Virus record (IMG/VR): IMGVR_UViG_3300020557_000009
Coordinates: 6,448-70,447 of that record
Source: a virus
Taxonomy: Duplodnaviria > Caudoviricetes
DNA length: 64,000 nucleotides
Direction: 5' to 3' (one strand)
Of the stretch, positions 11,457 through 20,839 are shown piece after piece. Each line of letters starts with the position of its first letter. Within the stretch, counting starts at the first letter, position 1. Both the position numbers and the translations under genes were made by a program. Below the pieces are notes generated by a model that was given only the letters and a program-made list of their open reading frames with translations, did no database searches and had not been told where the DNA came from.

Positions 11457-11948
11457 CTAATCGTAGTAAGTATCCATAAATGAACGAATGCCCTCTAAAT
11501 CATTCATTATTTTTTGTGTTACTGTAAATGTTTCTGTGCCTGGAACTAAAAACTCATCATCATAATTAACAGTAATTTGATATGTTTTAAGTTCAAATAA
11601 TCTTGTATCTTGGTTTAAATCATATAGTTCTTTTTTTAAAGGCATCTTCTGCACACCAACAATTATTGTGGGAGTTTCTATTTTATCACTACTGCCTTTA
11701 CTTACATATTTAAAAGTATCTAAAAAAGGATCCGCATATTTACCAATAATAGTGGCTAAAATTGGACCAGAAGTTATAACTACACCAGGTTCAGAGACTC
11801 CAGTTGAACTTGCACCCACAACAATATTTGATTCCATTTCATCACCTGAAGCGGTAATTGTTGCATTTACAGTTCTTATGGACCTGGCGGTTGACTGTAT
11901 TTCTGTTGGAGAATCTCCCGCAGGTGAGACAACAATACTAATGGCCAT
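11457..11948 (-). CDS. Hypothetical protein, baseplate region
   Basis: 163-aa ORF overlapping-coupled to upstream gene. Confidence 0.6.
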   Translation of the reverse strand: MAISIVVSPAGDSPTEIQSTARSIRTVNATITASGDEMESNIVVGASSTGVSEPGVVITSGPILATIIGKYADPFLDTFKYVSKGSSDKIETPTIIVGVQKMPLKKELYDLNQDTRLFELKTYQITVNYDDEFLVPGTETFTVTQKIMNDLEGIRSFMDTYYD

Positions 11949-12141
11949 TCGTTTCTCTTTTCATTAATTCCTGCAATCTTTCATTCCAAGAATCCATTTC
12001 TTCGTGTTGTTCATGTGTATGTGGTGGTTCAGGTATTTCAGGTATAAACCGAATGACATTATCAAATCTTTCGGGTATATCTTCATACTTCGTATATGTC
12101 TTTAACTCACCATTCAACAAAACAACAAACTCATGCGCCAT
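11938..12141 (-). CDS. Small hypothetical protein
   Basis: 67 aa, abuts gp5 stop; VIRFIPEIPEPPHTHEQH. Confidence 0.6.
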   Translation of the reverse strand: MAHEFVVLLNGELKTYTKYEDIPERFDNVIRFIPEIPEPPHTHEQHEEMDSWNERLQELMKRETNGH

Positions 12142-12142
12142 A

Positions 12143-13120
12143 TTAATTCAAATCAATTCTTGGTGCATTAACACTATAATTTCCGGCAGAGTTCCAAGAA
12201 GTTGTTCCACCAACATCAGCCGCAAAATTTCTTCCAACAGTCATATTCATATTGCCATCTACTTTCATATCAGCATTACCTTGCACATAAACTTGTGCAT
12301 TTCCTTGAACAGTAATATTACAGTCTCCCATAATATAAACATTATCGTCTTTCATAACGATAGAGTATTTGTCTTTTGTAATTTTCTCTACTCTGTCACC
12401 ATTAGGATACCATTCGGTAAAACTACCATTTCGGTGTGCAATATGAATTCGTTCTTTACCTGGTGTATCGTCATATTCGACAATGTGACCAGATTCAGTT
12501 TCCATTACTTTATTGTATGGGTAAACTGTATCATATTTTGTTTCAGGTTCGTTCCATGTAGATGTTACAGTTGAAACTCCAGTTACTTTATTCTCTTTTC
12601 GTTCCTGAATATAAGTTTTTATAATTGTATCTGAATCATTTCGTGCAAGCCTTGATGTAGTTGGTTCATCTAAGTTTAATGGATAATTATTTGCTTGTGT
12701 TTTTTCAACAATCTCAATACCTGTTCCATCAGTATTGTATGTTTTTGATTCTGGTGTTCTTGGTGATTTCGCAAGTTCAGCAGATGTTCTTGGGTCACTA
12801 TACGCCTCTTGTATGTTTGCAGGTTTTAATGGAATACTAGGAAAAACACCAAGAACTATCGGTTCTTGTGCCATTTCTCCATCTGTAAAAAACCCAAACA
12901 CCATTTCACCTTCTTTTGGTGCATATGGGTTTATATTATTTGTTGGTAAAGAAACTTGAGCCCAAGGAAGTGCATCGGTTGAAAGTTGCATCTTATTATC
13001 AGCATGCCAACCAACGCAACGAACTTTAACACGACCTAACTTTAATGGGTCTTGTCTGCTTTCAACAAAGCCAATCCACCAAACGAATTGACCTGCACCT
13101 GCAAAATCATTTTGTGCCAT
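12143..13120 (-). CDS. gp5: Baseplate spike gp5 (OB-fold plus beta-helix, no lysozyme domain)
   Basis: WWIGFVESRQDPLKLGRVKVRCVGWH, LPWA, YPYNKVMETESGHIVEYDDTPG.ERI...H, C-terminal VxGN repeats; only 325 aa. Confidence 0.85.
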   Translation of the reverse strand: MAQNDFAGAGQFVWWIGFVESRQDPLKLGRVKVRCVGWHADNKMQLSTDALPWAQVSLPTNNINPYAPKEGEMVFGFFTDGEMAQEPIVLGVFPSIPLKPANIQEAYSDPRTSAELAKSPRTPESKTYNTDGTGIEIVEKTQANNYPLNLDEPTTSRLARNDSDTIIKTYIQERKENKVTGVSTVTSTWNEPETKYDTVYPYNKVMETESGHIVEYDDTPGKERIHIAHRNGSFTEWYPNGDRVEKITKDKYSIVMKDDNVYIMGDCNITVQGNAQVYVQGNADMKVDGNMNMTVGRNFAADVGGTTSWNSAGNYSVNAPRIDLN

Positions 13121-13121
13121 A

Positions 13122-14459
13122 TTAATAATTCAATAGTTGTGTTAATTGTTCTGGATTGCTTACAGTCACATACTCATTGTTTGTAGTTGTGGAAGCAACC
13201 TCAATAATTGTTTCGTGTTTGTCGTATTTAATAATCTGTCTGGAAGCAACAATCATATACTTACCACTCACACTCACATCTTCATTATCTTCACCTTTTA
13301 TTTTTCTACCAAAATTAGGTGCGTTAAGATTAATATTGAAACCTGATGTTAATTGAAAGTTACCTGGCATCGCCAATTTAACTCTTTTGTTCATTAAATG
13401 TGCCATAATGGCAGTTCTTTGAAACAACCAGTTTTCAATACTTTCTTCCTTTGAAAGAGAAGTCGGGTCGTTTTTCTTAATATAACTGCTCAATTGTTTT
13501 GCGGCATTAAAAGATGCCATAGAAATCTTTGATGCAAATGCTTCAACGCTTTTAACACCACCTCTGTTTTCAAATACAGACTGATTGGGTGTTTCACTAC
13601 CATGTTCCATATTATAAAACATATCACCAAACCCAATGTTCTTTTTTGCAGTTGTTCGTGTAATTGGGTCAAAACCAATAAACTGTCCTGCATTAACACC
13701 AGACTTAATTTTCTCAAGCATATCAGTTTGTGATATAACTTCTAATCCACGAGCCGCACCAATTTCTTCAATTGCATTTACTTGTGTTTGATTTTTGAGT
13801 TCAAATCTAACATCAAGCAATTCTGGTTGTGTCAGTAGTTTAGAGAGAGAAACAAAGTTGTAACCAGTTGTGTTTTGATAGAACAAATAGTTTGGAGATT
13901 GTTTCGCATCCAAAGACCTTTTTGTTACCCATTCAATTGCTTCAATAGGTTTTAAATTAGGTATAACAATTTTTCGAATACCTGAAGTCGATTCAAAGAA
14001 ACCACCAGACTGATTTTCAGGTATCTTTAAATAATCTGTAAGAATTTTTTCAACAACTTTTGAATATGTTCCTTCGTAAGACTGATTAATTCTTTGTTGA
14101 TTGGAATAAATCATTTCATCGGAACAAAAATGCAATACAAAAAATTCACTATTCAGACCACTATTAATTCGGTCTGATTGTTTGTAGATTCTAAACGATT
14201 TTTTAAAATTGGCAATATCAGGGTCTTGTTCACTTTTAGAAATGTCGATAAGCAAAGTTTCAGAACCATCAAAAATTAAAGAACCAGAAAGACCAATTGC
14301 ATCTCTTACCATAATATGCCCGCTCATTACAGGCATAAAAACAGAATCAAAGATATTGATTTCTTCGTAAATGGAAGAAATATCAATTGGTCCTGCTTTT
14401 GTCATCACCACAAGTTCATTAATTTTGAACTGTGTTGACTTTTTTACCGAAAAACTCAT
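13122..14459 (-). CDS. Baseplate hub protein, gp27-like
   Basis: 445 aa between gp53 and gp5; INIFDSVF, YLFYQNTTGYNFVSL, SGKYMIVASRQ. Confidence 0.6.
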   Translation of the reverse strand: MSFSVKKSTQFKINELVVMTKAGPIDISSIYEEINIFDSVFMPVMSGHIMVRDAIGLSGSLIFDGSETLLIDISKSEQDPDIANFKKSFRIYKQSDRINSGLNSEFFVLHFCSDEMIYSNQQRINQSYEGTYSKVVEKILTDYLKIPENQSGGFFESTSGIRKIVIPNLKPIEAIEWVTKRSLDAKQSPNYLFYQNTTGYNFVSLSKLLTQPELLDVRFELKNQTQVNAIEEIGAARGLEVISQTDMLEKIKSGVNAGQFIGFDPITRTTAKKNIGFGDMFYNMEHGSETPNQSVFENRGGVKSVEAFASKISMASFNAAKQLSSYIKKNDPTSLSKEESIENWLFQRTAIMAHLMNKRVKLAMPGNFQLTSGFNINLNAPNFGRKIKGEDNEDVSVSGKYMIVASRQIIKYDKHETIIEVASTTTNNEYVTVSNPEQLTQLLNY

Positions 14460-15112
14460 TGTTTAATAACTTTCTTAAATTCTTTTTCGACCGCAGATAC
14501 AAACTCTGGTTTTAAAAGTTTAATACTTCTTTTATTTTCATTCAATTCGTTTTCATAATCATAATATGATTGTTTTTCTTTAGTGATGGCTTGTGTAATT
14601 GTAGAACTGTCTTGTAGGGTATAACTTGTGGTTGTAGGTGCCACATTAGCCCAAGTATTAGCATCAACTTCTAATTTTTCGATGATTGAAATGTTATCGA
14701 AATTTGTTCTTGTTACGACTTTGTAATATGCATGAACATTGGTTACATTCATTGCCCACGAAAGACCAGTAACACTTGTATTTGCGGTATCCGCATAATT
14801 GTTTGCAGAGTATTTTTTATCAACATATTCAATGAATGTAGAATATTGCAAAGGCCAATCATATTGTGGGTCGTAAATGTCATTAAACATTAAAACGATC
14901 CAATGTCTTTCAGGACTATCGTAAAATTTAGCCGCAACAATTTCAGGTGTGTCACCTTCTTGCAAATCGTATTTGTAAAATGCCGATGAGTTTTCTTTTA
15001 GTGATTGTTCAAAACCAAACCTTGCAGTAATGTTCGTAATCTCATCAAGGCCTGATGTTCTAGTATTTGAACTGTATAATGCTTTTGGAAAATAATTAAA
15101 ATATTTTGCCAT
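14456..15112 (-). CDS. gp53: Baseplate wedge subunit gp53 (LysM-like)
   Basis: YDLQEGDTPEIVAAKFYDSPERHWIVLMFN, YDWP, YE..LNENKRSIKLLKP. Confidence 0.85.
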   Translation of the reverse strand: MAKYFNYFPKALYSSNTRTSGLDEITNITARFGFEQSLKENSSAFYKYDLQEGDTPEIVAAKFYDSPERHWIVLMFNDIYDPQYDWPLQYSTFIEYVDKKYSANNYADTANTSVTGLSWAMNVTNVHAYYKVVTRTNFDNISIIEKLEVDANTWANVAPTTTSYTLQDSSTITQAITKEKQSYYDYENELNENKRSIKLLKPEFVSAVEKEFKKVIKQ

Positions 15113-16365
15113 TATTTTCTCGCAGAACTTAGGGTTGCAGATGTTGCTAAATCTTCCCTAAAGTCCTCTTTCGTTAGATATGTTGTTTCTTGGAATTGTA
15201 ATGTGGCTTGAATTGCAACGGGCATACCAGTTCTACCGAGAGAAGGTTTGTTTTCACCAGGTACCTCATATGCAGAGAACCCGTTTGGTGCGTAATTGAT
15301 ATCAATTGTAGTCAAAACACAAGTTGCAATTTGTGGAATGTTTGGGTTTTCTCCACCTGCATAATAAAACTTAATATCGAACTCAGAGGGAGGTACTAAA
15401 AATCCTGAAGTTTCAGAACCTTTATCGCCTTTTAAAATTTCTGGCGCTTGATGAAAACGAAGTCTTTCTAATATTTTCTGAACTTCTAATGCTTCTCGTT
15501 CATCTCTTGGGTAAAAAGTAAAATCGAATTGAAATGTTCTAAAATTGGGCGACTTGTAAATCATTTCAAGCATTGGGTTTACAACACGACCAGTTCTTGC
15601 CAAAAATGCTGCGGCTGTTTGTTGACTATTCAATAAACTACCAAGTCCTTCTCCAAGTATTTGTTTTACATTTTCACCACCTGATTTTTGAAGTGATGCT
15701 CCTAATTTACCTAAATCGCCAGTTTTTTTATAATCTTCATAAGCAGATTGGCCTGCGGCAAAAACTTGACCCGCAAATTCACTACCTAAAGATAACTGGT
15801 CATAAGATTGTGAATAACTGTAATTCAAAGTATCTGGCATGTAAAGTGCAATTGCATCAGTTGTTAATGCTGTGGTTTTAAAATTTATATTCAAACCTTT
15901 TTCGGTAATTCTCTTAATCGAGGTATCAATTAACTTCTGTGATTCTTCGGCATTAGGTGTGAAACCTCCACCTTTTTGTGCAAACAGATTATTAATACCA
16001 CCAGTAATACCAGATGTTATTTTTCCAATAAAACCTGAAGCTGCATTTATCGCACCATTTTTAACTGCGTTTAATGCTTTACTTGGAATGTCTCCACCTG
16101 CTTTAATCGCATCAATTACACCTGCAGCGCCCACATTTGTAACATCACTTGTAAATTTTTCACTACCAACGAATCTTTTTGTTAATGAAGTTGTTTTTTG
16201 TTGGCGAACATAAAAAACAACATAGTGTGCTTTGTCATAATTACCAACATCAAGTGGATATCTTAATGTTGTTCTTTCAAATTCGCTTCCAACAAGTTTA
16301 GCTAAAGGTCCTCGTTTAGTTTGACCTTTGTCGAAAGAGATATCAGAGAATCCAAAAAGTGCCAT
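15112..16365 (-). CDS. gp48: Baseplate tail tube cap gp48-like
   Basis: Start moved to ATG 16365 (MALFG); IALYMP, NPMLEMIYKSP.FRTFQFDF.FYPR..REA, P.EFDI. Confidence 0.75.
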   Translation of the reverse strand: MALFGFSDISFDKGQTKRGPLAKLVGSEFERTTLRYPLDVGNYDKAHYVVFYVRQQKTTSLTKRFVGSEKFTSDVTNVGAAGVIDAIKAGGDIPSKALNAVKNGAINAASGFIGKITSGITGGINNLFAQKGGGFTPNAEESQKLIDTSIKRITEKGLNINFKTTALTTDAIALYMPDTLNYSYSQSYDQLSLGSEFAGQVFAAGQSAYEDYKKTGDLGKLGASLQKSGGENVKQILGEGLGSLLNSQQTAAAFLARTGRVVNPMLEMIYKSPNFRTFQFDFTFYPRDEREALEVQKILERLRFHQAPEILKGDKGSETSGFLVPPSEFDIKFYYAGGENPNIPQIATCVLTTIDINYAPNGFSAYEVPGENKPSLGRTGMPVAIQATLQFQETTYLTKEDFREDLATSATLSSARK

Positions 16366-16389
16366 ATTTGTCCTGTAGGTTAGATAGAT

Positions 16390-16397
16390 AATATTTA
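16390..16397 (-). promoter_or_regulatory. T4-type late promoter-like ATAAATA element for gp48 operon
   Basis: ATAAATA on minus strand about 25 nt upstream of gp48 start; (A/C)TAAATA also at 3797, 11151, 16830(+), 26241, 29437, 31291, 50600, 55252. Confidence 0.55.
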
Positions 16398-16828
16398 TGT
16401 CATACAAAGGATGGTTTCGACCAAAAAACCCAAACAAATACAAAGGTAATGCGACCAACATTATCTACCGTTCCAATTGGGAACTGAGAGTAATGAAGTA
16501 CCTAGATGATAATCCGGCAGTTATATGGTGGGCATCGGAAGAATTGCCGATACCTTATGTTTCGCCAGTTGATAACAGAGTGCATCGATATTTTCCAGAT
16601 TTCATTGTCAGGACCAAACGGAAAGATGGCTCCGAGCAGACTTCGATAATAGAGGTGAAGCCGTATAAACAAACGATGATGCCAACGCAAAAACGCAAGA
16701 CCCAACGATACCTGGCAGAAGTTGCCACCTATGCCGTAAATCAAGCAAAATGGAAAGCTGCCGATTTATTTTGCAAAGAACATGGATGGCATTTTCAGTT
16801 AGTCACCGAAAAAGAGTTGGGACTTTGA
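16397..16828 (+). CDS. gp4: Head completion nuclease gp4 (TnsA-like)
   Basis: YKG.F.PKNP.KYKG...NIIYRS.WE, WWASEE..IPY.SP.D, HRYFPDF, IEVKP..Q, VNQAKW.AA. Confidence 0.85.
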   Translation: MSYKGWFRPKNPNKYKGNATNIIYRSNWELRVMKYLDDNPAVIWWASEELPIPYVSPVDNRVHRYFPDFIVRTKRKDGSEQTSIIEVKPYKQTMMPTQKRKTQRYLAEVATYAVNQAKWKAADLFCKEHGWHFQLVTEKELGL

Positions 16829-16841
16829 GATAAATAACCTA

Positions 16842-17420
16842 ATGGCGACACTAATTGACAGAATTCAAGCATCATTGGCGAAAGAAGGACTTACGCCAAG
16901 GACAAATGCAGCCAGAGATTGGCTAAAAAAGAAAGTAAATGATTTGAGACCTTCACCAGCATCAATAATGAGGGACAAAGAAAGACTTCGTGATAAGTCA
17001 TTTATTGGTCGCATGTATTTTTATTTGTATGATCCAAAGCACAAAGATACGCTGCCATACTACGACAGGTTCCCATTGGTTATTCCAATAGAACGCTACC
17101 CAGACGGTTTTTTAGGGTTGAACTTGCATTACATTCACCCAAAGCATCGTATCATCCTTTTGGACAAATTAAGTGAAGCGGCAAACAATTCTAAATTTGA
17201 TGAAACAACTAGATTAAAAATTAGTTATCATTATTTACAGAGAGCATCAAAAATATTTGAGGCACAACCTTGCATTAAAAGATATCTGTTCAACCACATT
17301 GATTCTCGGTTCTTAGAAATTACAGCCGATGAGTGGGATATTGCCGCATTGTTGCCCGCAGAAAACTTTGTTGGTGCAAACACAAGTAAAGTTTACTACG
17401 ATTCACGGAAAAAATTCTAA
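16842..17420 (+). CDS. gp2: DNA end protector gp2
   Basis: GRMYFYLYDPKHK.TLPYYD.FPL, GFLGLNLHY, PCIKRYL. Confidence 0.85.
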   Translation: MATLIDRIQASLAKEGLTPRTNAARDWLKKKVNDLRPSPASIMRDKERLRDKSFIGRMYFYLYDPKHKDTLPYYDRFPLVIPIERYPDGFLGLNLHYIHPKHRIILLDKLSEAANNSKFDETTRLKISYHYLQRASKIFEAQPCIKRYLFNHIDSRFLEITADEWDIAALLPAENFVGANTSKVYYDSRKKF

Positions 17421-18169
17421 TGTCATTTTCACCAAACTTATTCTTATCTAATGTAAGAGCAAAAGATGGTTTAGCTAAGCCTTCTCGTTTTGAAGTTATC
17501 TTGCCTATTCCACCTTATATCAATCAATTTGTAGGAAATTCAATTATTGAAAAGATTTTGAATTTTCCAAACTCTGTGTTTACAGATGTTTCAAATGCAA
17601 TTGGTTCTGCATTTGGTCGAACTGGAGGAAGTGACGAACAATCTACAAGTGCCAATTCAGGTATGAGCCGTTATTTAGCACTTCAATGTGAAAGTGCGGA
17701 ACTACCAGGCAAAACATTACAAACTGCTGATGTTAAAATTTATGGTCCTATTTTTAAAGTGCCATACAATGTGCAATATGCAGATACTACTTTGACATTT
17801 ATATGCACAAACGAATTCTATGAAAGAAAACTGTTTGACCGTTGGATGGAAGCAATCATACCTTCTGACACAAATAATTTAAGATTTCCAAAAGGTGTCC
17901 AATCAAGATACCTTACAAATATTAAAATTATTCAGTATGATGATTTTATCAAACAAATTTATGCAGTAGAATTGATGGATGCATTTCCAATTGGAATTGC
18001 ACCGCAATCTTTGAGTTGGAGTGAAGATGGTTTTCATCGTCTTTCGATTCAGTTTGCCTATCAAAGATACAGACCAATCTATCAGGGAACTTACGACCTT
18101 GCAGCTGCTGCAACTGCGCTCTTTGGTTCTGGTCTGTCGAGAATTTTACCATTAGGTCGTGCTCTTTAA
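17420..18169 (+). CDS. Tail tube initiator, gp54/gp19 family
   Basis: GLAKPSRFEV, CESAELPGK, YGP..KVPY, LTFIC, FDRWM, AVEL.DAFP, L.IQFAY. Confidence 0.7.
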   Translation: MSFSPNLFLSNVRAKDGLAKPSRFEVILPIPPYINQFVGNSIIEKILNFPNSVFTDVSNAIGSAFGRTGGSDEQSTSANSGMSRYLALQCESAELPGKTLQTADVKIYGPIFKVPYNVQYADTTLTFICTNEFYERKLFDRWMEAIIPSDTNNLRFPKGVQSRYLTNIKIIQYDDFIKQIYAVELMDAFPIGIAPQSLSWSEDGFHRLSIQFAYQRYRPIYQGTYDLAAAATALFGSGLSRILPLGRAL

Positions 18170-18188
18170 TTAATTAAGCGAGGTTATT

Positions 18189-18920
18189 ATGTTACCAAAA
18201 ATCGATGTACCAATCTATTCTGTCAATTTGATTTCGACAGGCAAACCTGTTCGTTTTCGCCCATTCTTGGTGAAAGAACAGAAACTATTTCTAATGGCTG
18301 CCGAATCGGAAGACCAAAAAGAAACTATTGAAGTTATTCGTCAAGTTTTAAAGAATTGTATTCTTGATGAAATTGACATTAACAATATTCCTACTTTTGA
18401 CCTTGAGTTTCTTTTTATGAATCTCAGAGCAAGGTCTGTTGAAGAAGTAGTTGAACTCAAATACAAATGTAACAACACCGTAAAAGATGAAAAGGGTGAA
18501 GATAAAGTTTGTGGAACATCTGTTGATTTTAAATTAAATTTGTTAGAAATTCATCCTACAAAATCAGAAAGTCACACAAACAAAATTCAACTTAATGAAA
18601 ATCTAGGTGTTTGTCTGAAATATCCAACTTTTGAAATGATTCAGAAGTATGAAACAATGGATGAAAAAGACATTATGATGACAATTCTTATTGACTGTAT
18701 CGATTACATTTACGATAAAGATAGTGTCTATTATGCAAAAGATACAACCAGACAAGAGTTGGAAGAATTCGTGGACAGTTTACAACAATCGCATTTAGAA
18801 AAAATCAAAGTGTTCTTTGATACAATGCCCGAAGTTAAGAAAGATGTGCATTTCAAATGTCCAAAATGTGCATATGAAGAAGATATTGCGATTAGAGGAC
18901 TACAAAGTTTTTTCGGTTAA
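18189..18920 (+). CDS. gp26: Baseplate hub assembly chaperone gp26
   Basis: LPKIDVP.Y, VRFRPFLVKEQK, FDLEFLFMNLRARSV, LKYP, CPKC...GLQSFF end. Confidence 0.85.
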   Translation: MLPKIDVPIYSVNLISTGKPVRFRPFLVKEQKLFLMAAESEDQKETIEVIRQVLKNCILDEIDINNIPTFDLEFLFMNLRARSVEEVVELKYKCNNTVKDEKGEDKVCGTSVDFKLNLLEIHPTKSESHTNKIQLNENLGVCLKYPTFEMIQKYETMDEKDIMMTILIDCIDYIYDKDSVYYAKDTTRQELEEFVDSLQQSHLEKIKVFFDTMPEVKKDVHFKCPKCAYEEDIAIRGLQSFFG

Positions 18921-19111
18921 CATTTCGTTATGATACCTTGAGCAATTACTATCAGACAAACTTTGCTTTAATGCAGTACCACAAGTATAGTTTGACTGAA
19001 CTTGAAAACATGTTGCCTTGGGAGAGAAACATCTACTTGGCATTATTGATTAAACACCTTGAAGAAGAAAAACAAAGAATAGAATTACAGAAACAAACGA
19101 GAAAAAGATAA
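18908..19111 (+). CDS. gp51: gp51-like hub assembly catalyst in -1 frame of gp26 (first ATG 18971)
   Basis: Not in ORF track. YDTLSNYYQTNFALMQYHKYSLTELENMLPWERNIYLALL matches gp51-like proteins of T4-like phages. Confidence 0.75.
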   Translation, partial: FFRLTFRYDTLSNYYQTNFALMQYHKYSLTELENMLPWERNIYLALLIKHLEEEKQRIELQKQTRKR

Positions 19112-20833
19112 ATGGCCTTAAAAGATTACTTTAGTAAAACTAAAAAAACAAAAGACGAAAGTGATTTGAGAGAAAAAACTATTCGAAGTTTTTTTGGTGG
19201 GAAAGATATTTTTTCCACATTTGTTCGTTCTAAAGTTTCTAAAAAAGATTCTTCTACAAAATCTTCTAAAGAAAGCCAAGGTGAATCAGCATCAATAAAC
19301 CAAGATAGTTTAGGATTTCTTAAAATTATCGCTCAAAATTCCATTTCATTACCTGGAATGGCGAGAGATGTGAATGTGCTTCGTCAGAATGTTGTTAAGT
19401 TGGTAAAGTTAAAAGCAAAAGAAACTTCAACAAAAGCCGACAAATTCTTTAAGACAGAAGAACAAAGAGAAGCAGAATTAGAAGCTACTAGAAAAAAACA
19501 AGAAGCAAAAGCGGTTGCAGTTGACAAAGATGGTAAACCTAAAACCGCAATGAAGGCGGCCGCAGGTGATGAGGGTGGTGGCATTTTAAGTGCCATTTGG
19601 GGTGCAATTAAAAAATTAGGTACACTCATCTTTTTTGGATTGATGGCCGCTATTGGTTCAGCAATTACATTTGGTTCTGATATTGCAACTTGGTTCGAAA
19701 AAAGTTTCAAACCTATGGAATGGGTTGAGAGTTTTTTTAATTCAATCAAAGAAGGTTGGAAAAAGATTACTGAAACGGATATTGTAAAAGAGACTTTAAT
19801 TAAAGGTGTTGGCAGTTTCTTAGATTTTATTACTGGTGGTCTATTTGGTGAAAAAGAACTGAGAGAAAGTTTAAACAAATTATCCGAAGAATTAAAACCA
19901 ATCATAACATTCTTTACGGAAATGTTTGATAGAGTAGTAAACTGGATGTCAGATAATATTGGTTGGGATAAGTTTACTATTCCACTTTCAAAGGCATCTT
20001 TCGATATAAAAGTTCCTGATTGGGTACCTGGTCTTGGTGGTAAAACACAAAAAATAGGTTTATCAGATATTACGATTCCTGGTTTTAGACCTTTCAAAAA
20101 GAGAGCAAGACCTGATGTAACTACACCTCCATCTGCACCAAGTTCTTCACCTACACCCGAAACTCCGCCCGCACCCGTAACATCTGGTTTAAGTAACGAA
20201 CAGGCACAAGCGGCTCGTCAAAGTTTTGCGGAAAATGACCCACGAAGAAATGATAGACAGGAACAAGTAGAACCGGTAAATACAAAAACAGATGCAATCA
20301 AATTACTTGAAAAGTTTGGTGTAAAACCAGACCCTAAATCCATGTCTGGATTCTCCGACATGAAAGGTAATCCAATTGAAGAACCCAATCTTCGTGCCGA
20401 ATTAAATGCAAGAGGTGTTGATGGTGATAGAATTATTAATTTGATTAAAAGTTCACCCACACAAGAATCAAAAGACCCAATAGCACGCCAATTAGGATTA
20501 AATATTTCTGGTAAAGAACCAGAATCTTCTCCTAGTGCGCCATCATTACCTCCTGCAAAAGATTTATCTTCAGGTACACAACCATCAAGCTCAGCTGGTC
20601 CTGTTAGTCCAAGTCCAGAAGATGGTGTACCACCAAGAACATCGGGTTCTTCTTTAGGACAATTATCATCGGATGTTGCAGAGGGTCAAAGAATGGATTC
20701 TGGACCTGATATGGGAAATATTGTCAACTCATCTACTGTAAACAACAATAAAGGTACACTTGCTGGCGGTGATTCTAAAATTGCTGATGCATATAATTCT
20801 TCCTTTATTGATTCTTATTTCAAAACCGCTTAA
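19112..20833 (+). CDS. Tape-measure-like protein 1 (gp29-like)
   Basis: 573 aa; helical N-terminus, GGILS/hydrophobic segment, Pro/Ser-rich tail; directly after gp26/gp51. Confidence 0.55.
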   Translation: MALKDYFSKTKKTKDESDLREKTIRSFFGGKDIFSTFVRSKVSKKDSSTKSSKESQGESASINQDSLGFLKIIAQNSISLPGMARDVNVLRQNVVKLVKLKAKETSTKADKFFKTEEQREAELEATRKKQEAKAVAVDKDGKPKTAMKAAAGDEGGGILSAIWGAIKKLGTLIFFGLMAAIGSAITFGSDIATWFEKSFKPMEWVESFFNSIKEGWKKITETDIVKETLIKGVGSFLDFITGGLFGEKELRESLNKLSEELKPIITFFTEMFDRVVNWMSDNIGWDKFTIPLSKASFDIKVPDWVPGLGGKTQKIGLSDITIPGFRPFKKRARPDVTTPPSAPSSSPTPETPPAPVTSGLSNEQAQAARQSFAENDPRRNDRQEQVEPVNTKTDAIKLLEKFGVKPDPKSMSGFSDMKGNPIEEPNLRAELNARGVDGDRIINLIKSSPTQESKDPIARQLGLNISGKEPESSPSAPSLPPAKDLSSGTQPSSSAGPVSPSPEDGVPPRTSGSSLGQLSSDVAEGQRMDSGPDMGNIVNSSTVNNNKGTLAGGDSKIADAYNSSFIDSYFKTA

Positions 20834-20839
20834 TAAAAA

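Noticed and set aside
16366-16461. N-terminal extension of gp48 in the ORF track
   Set aside because: Overlaps gp4 on the opposite strand and the late promoter
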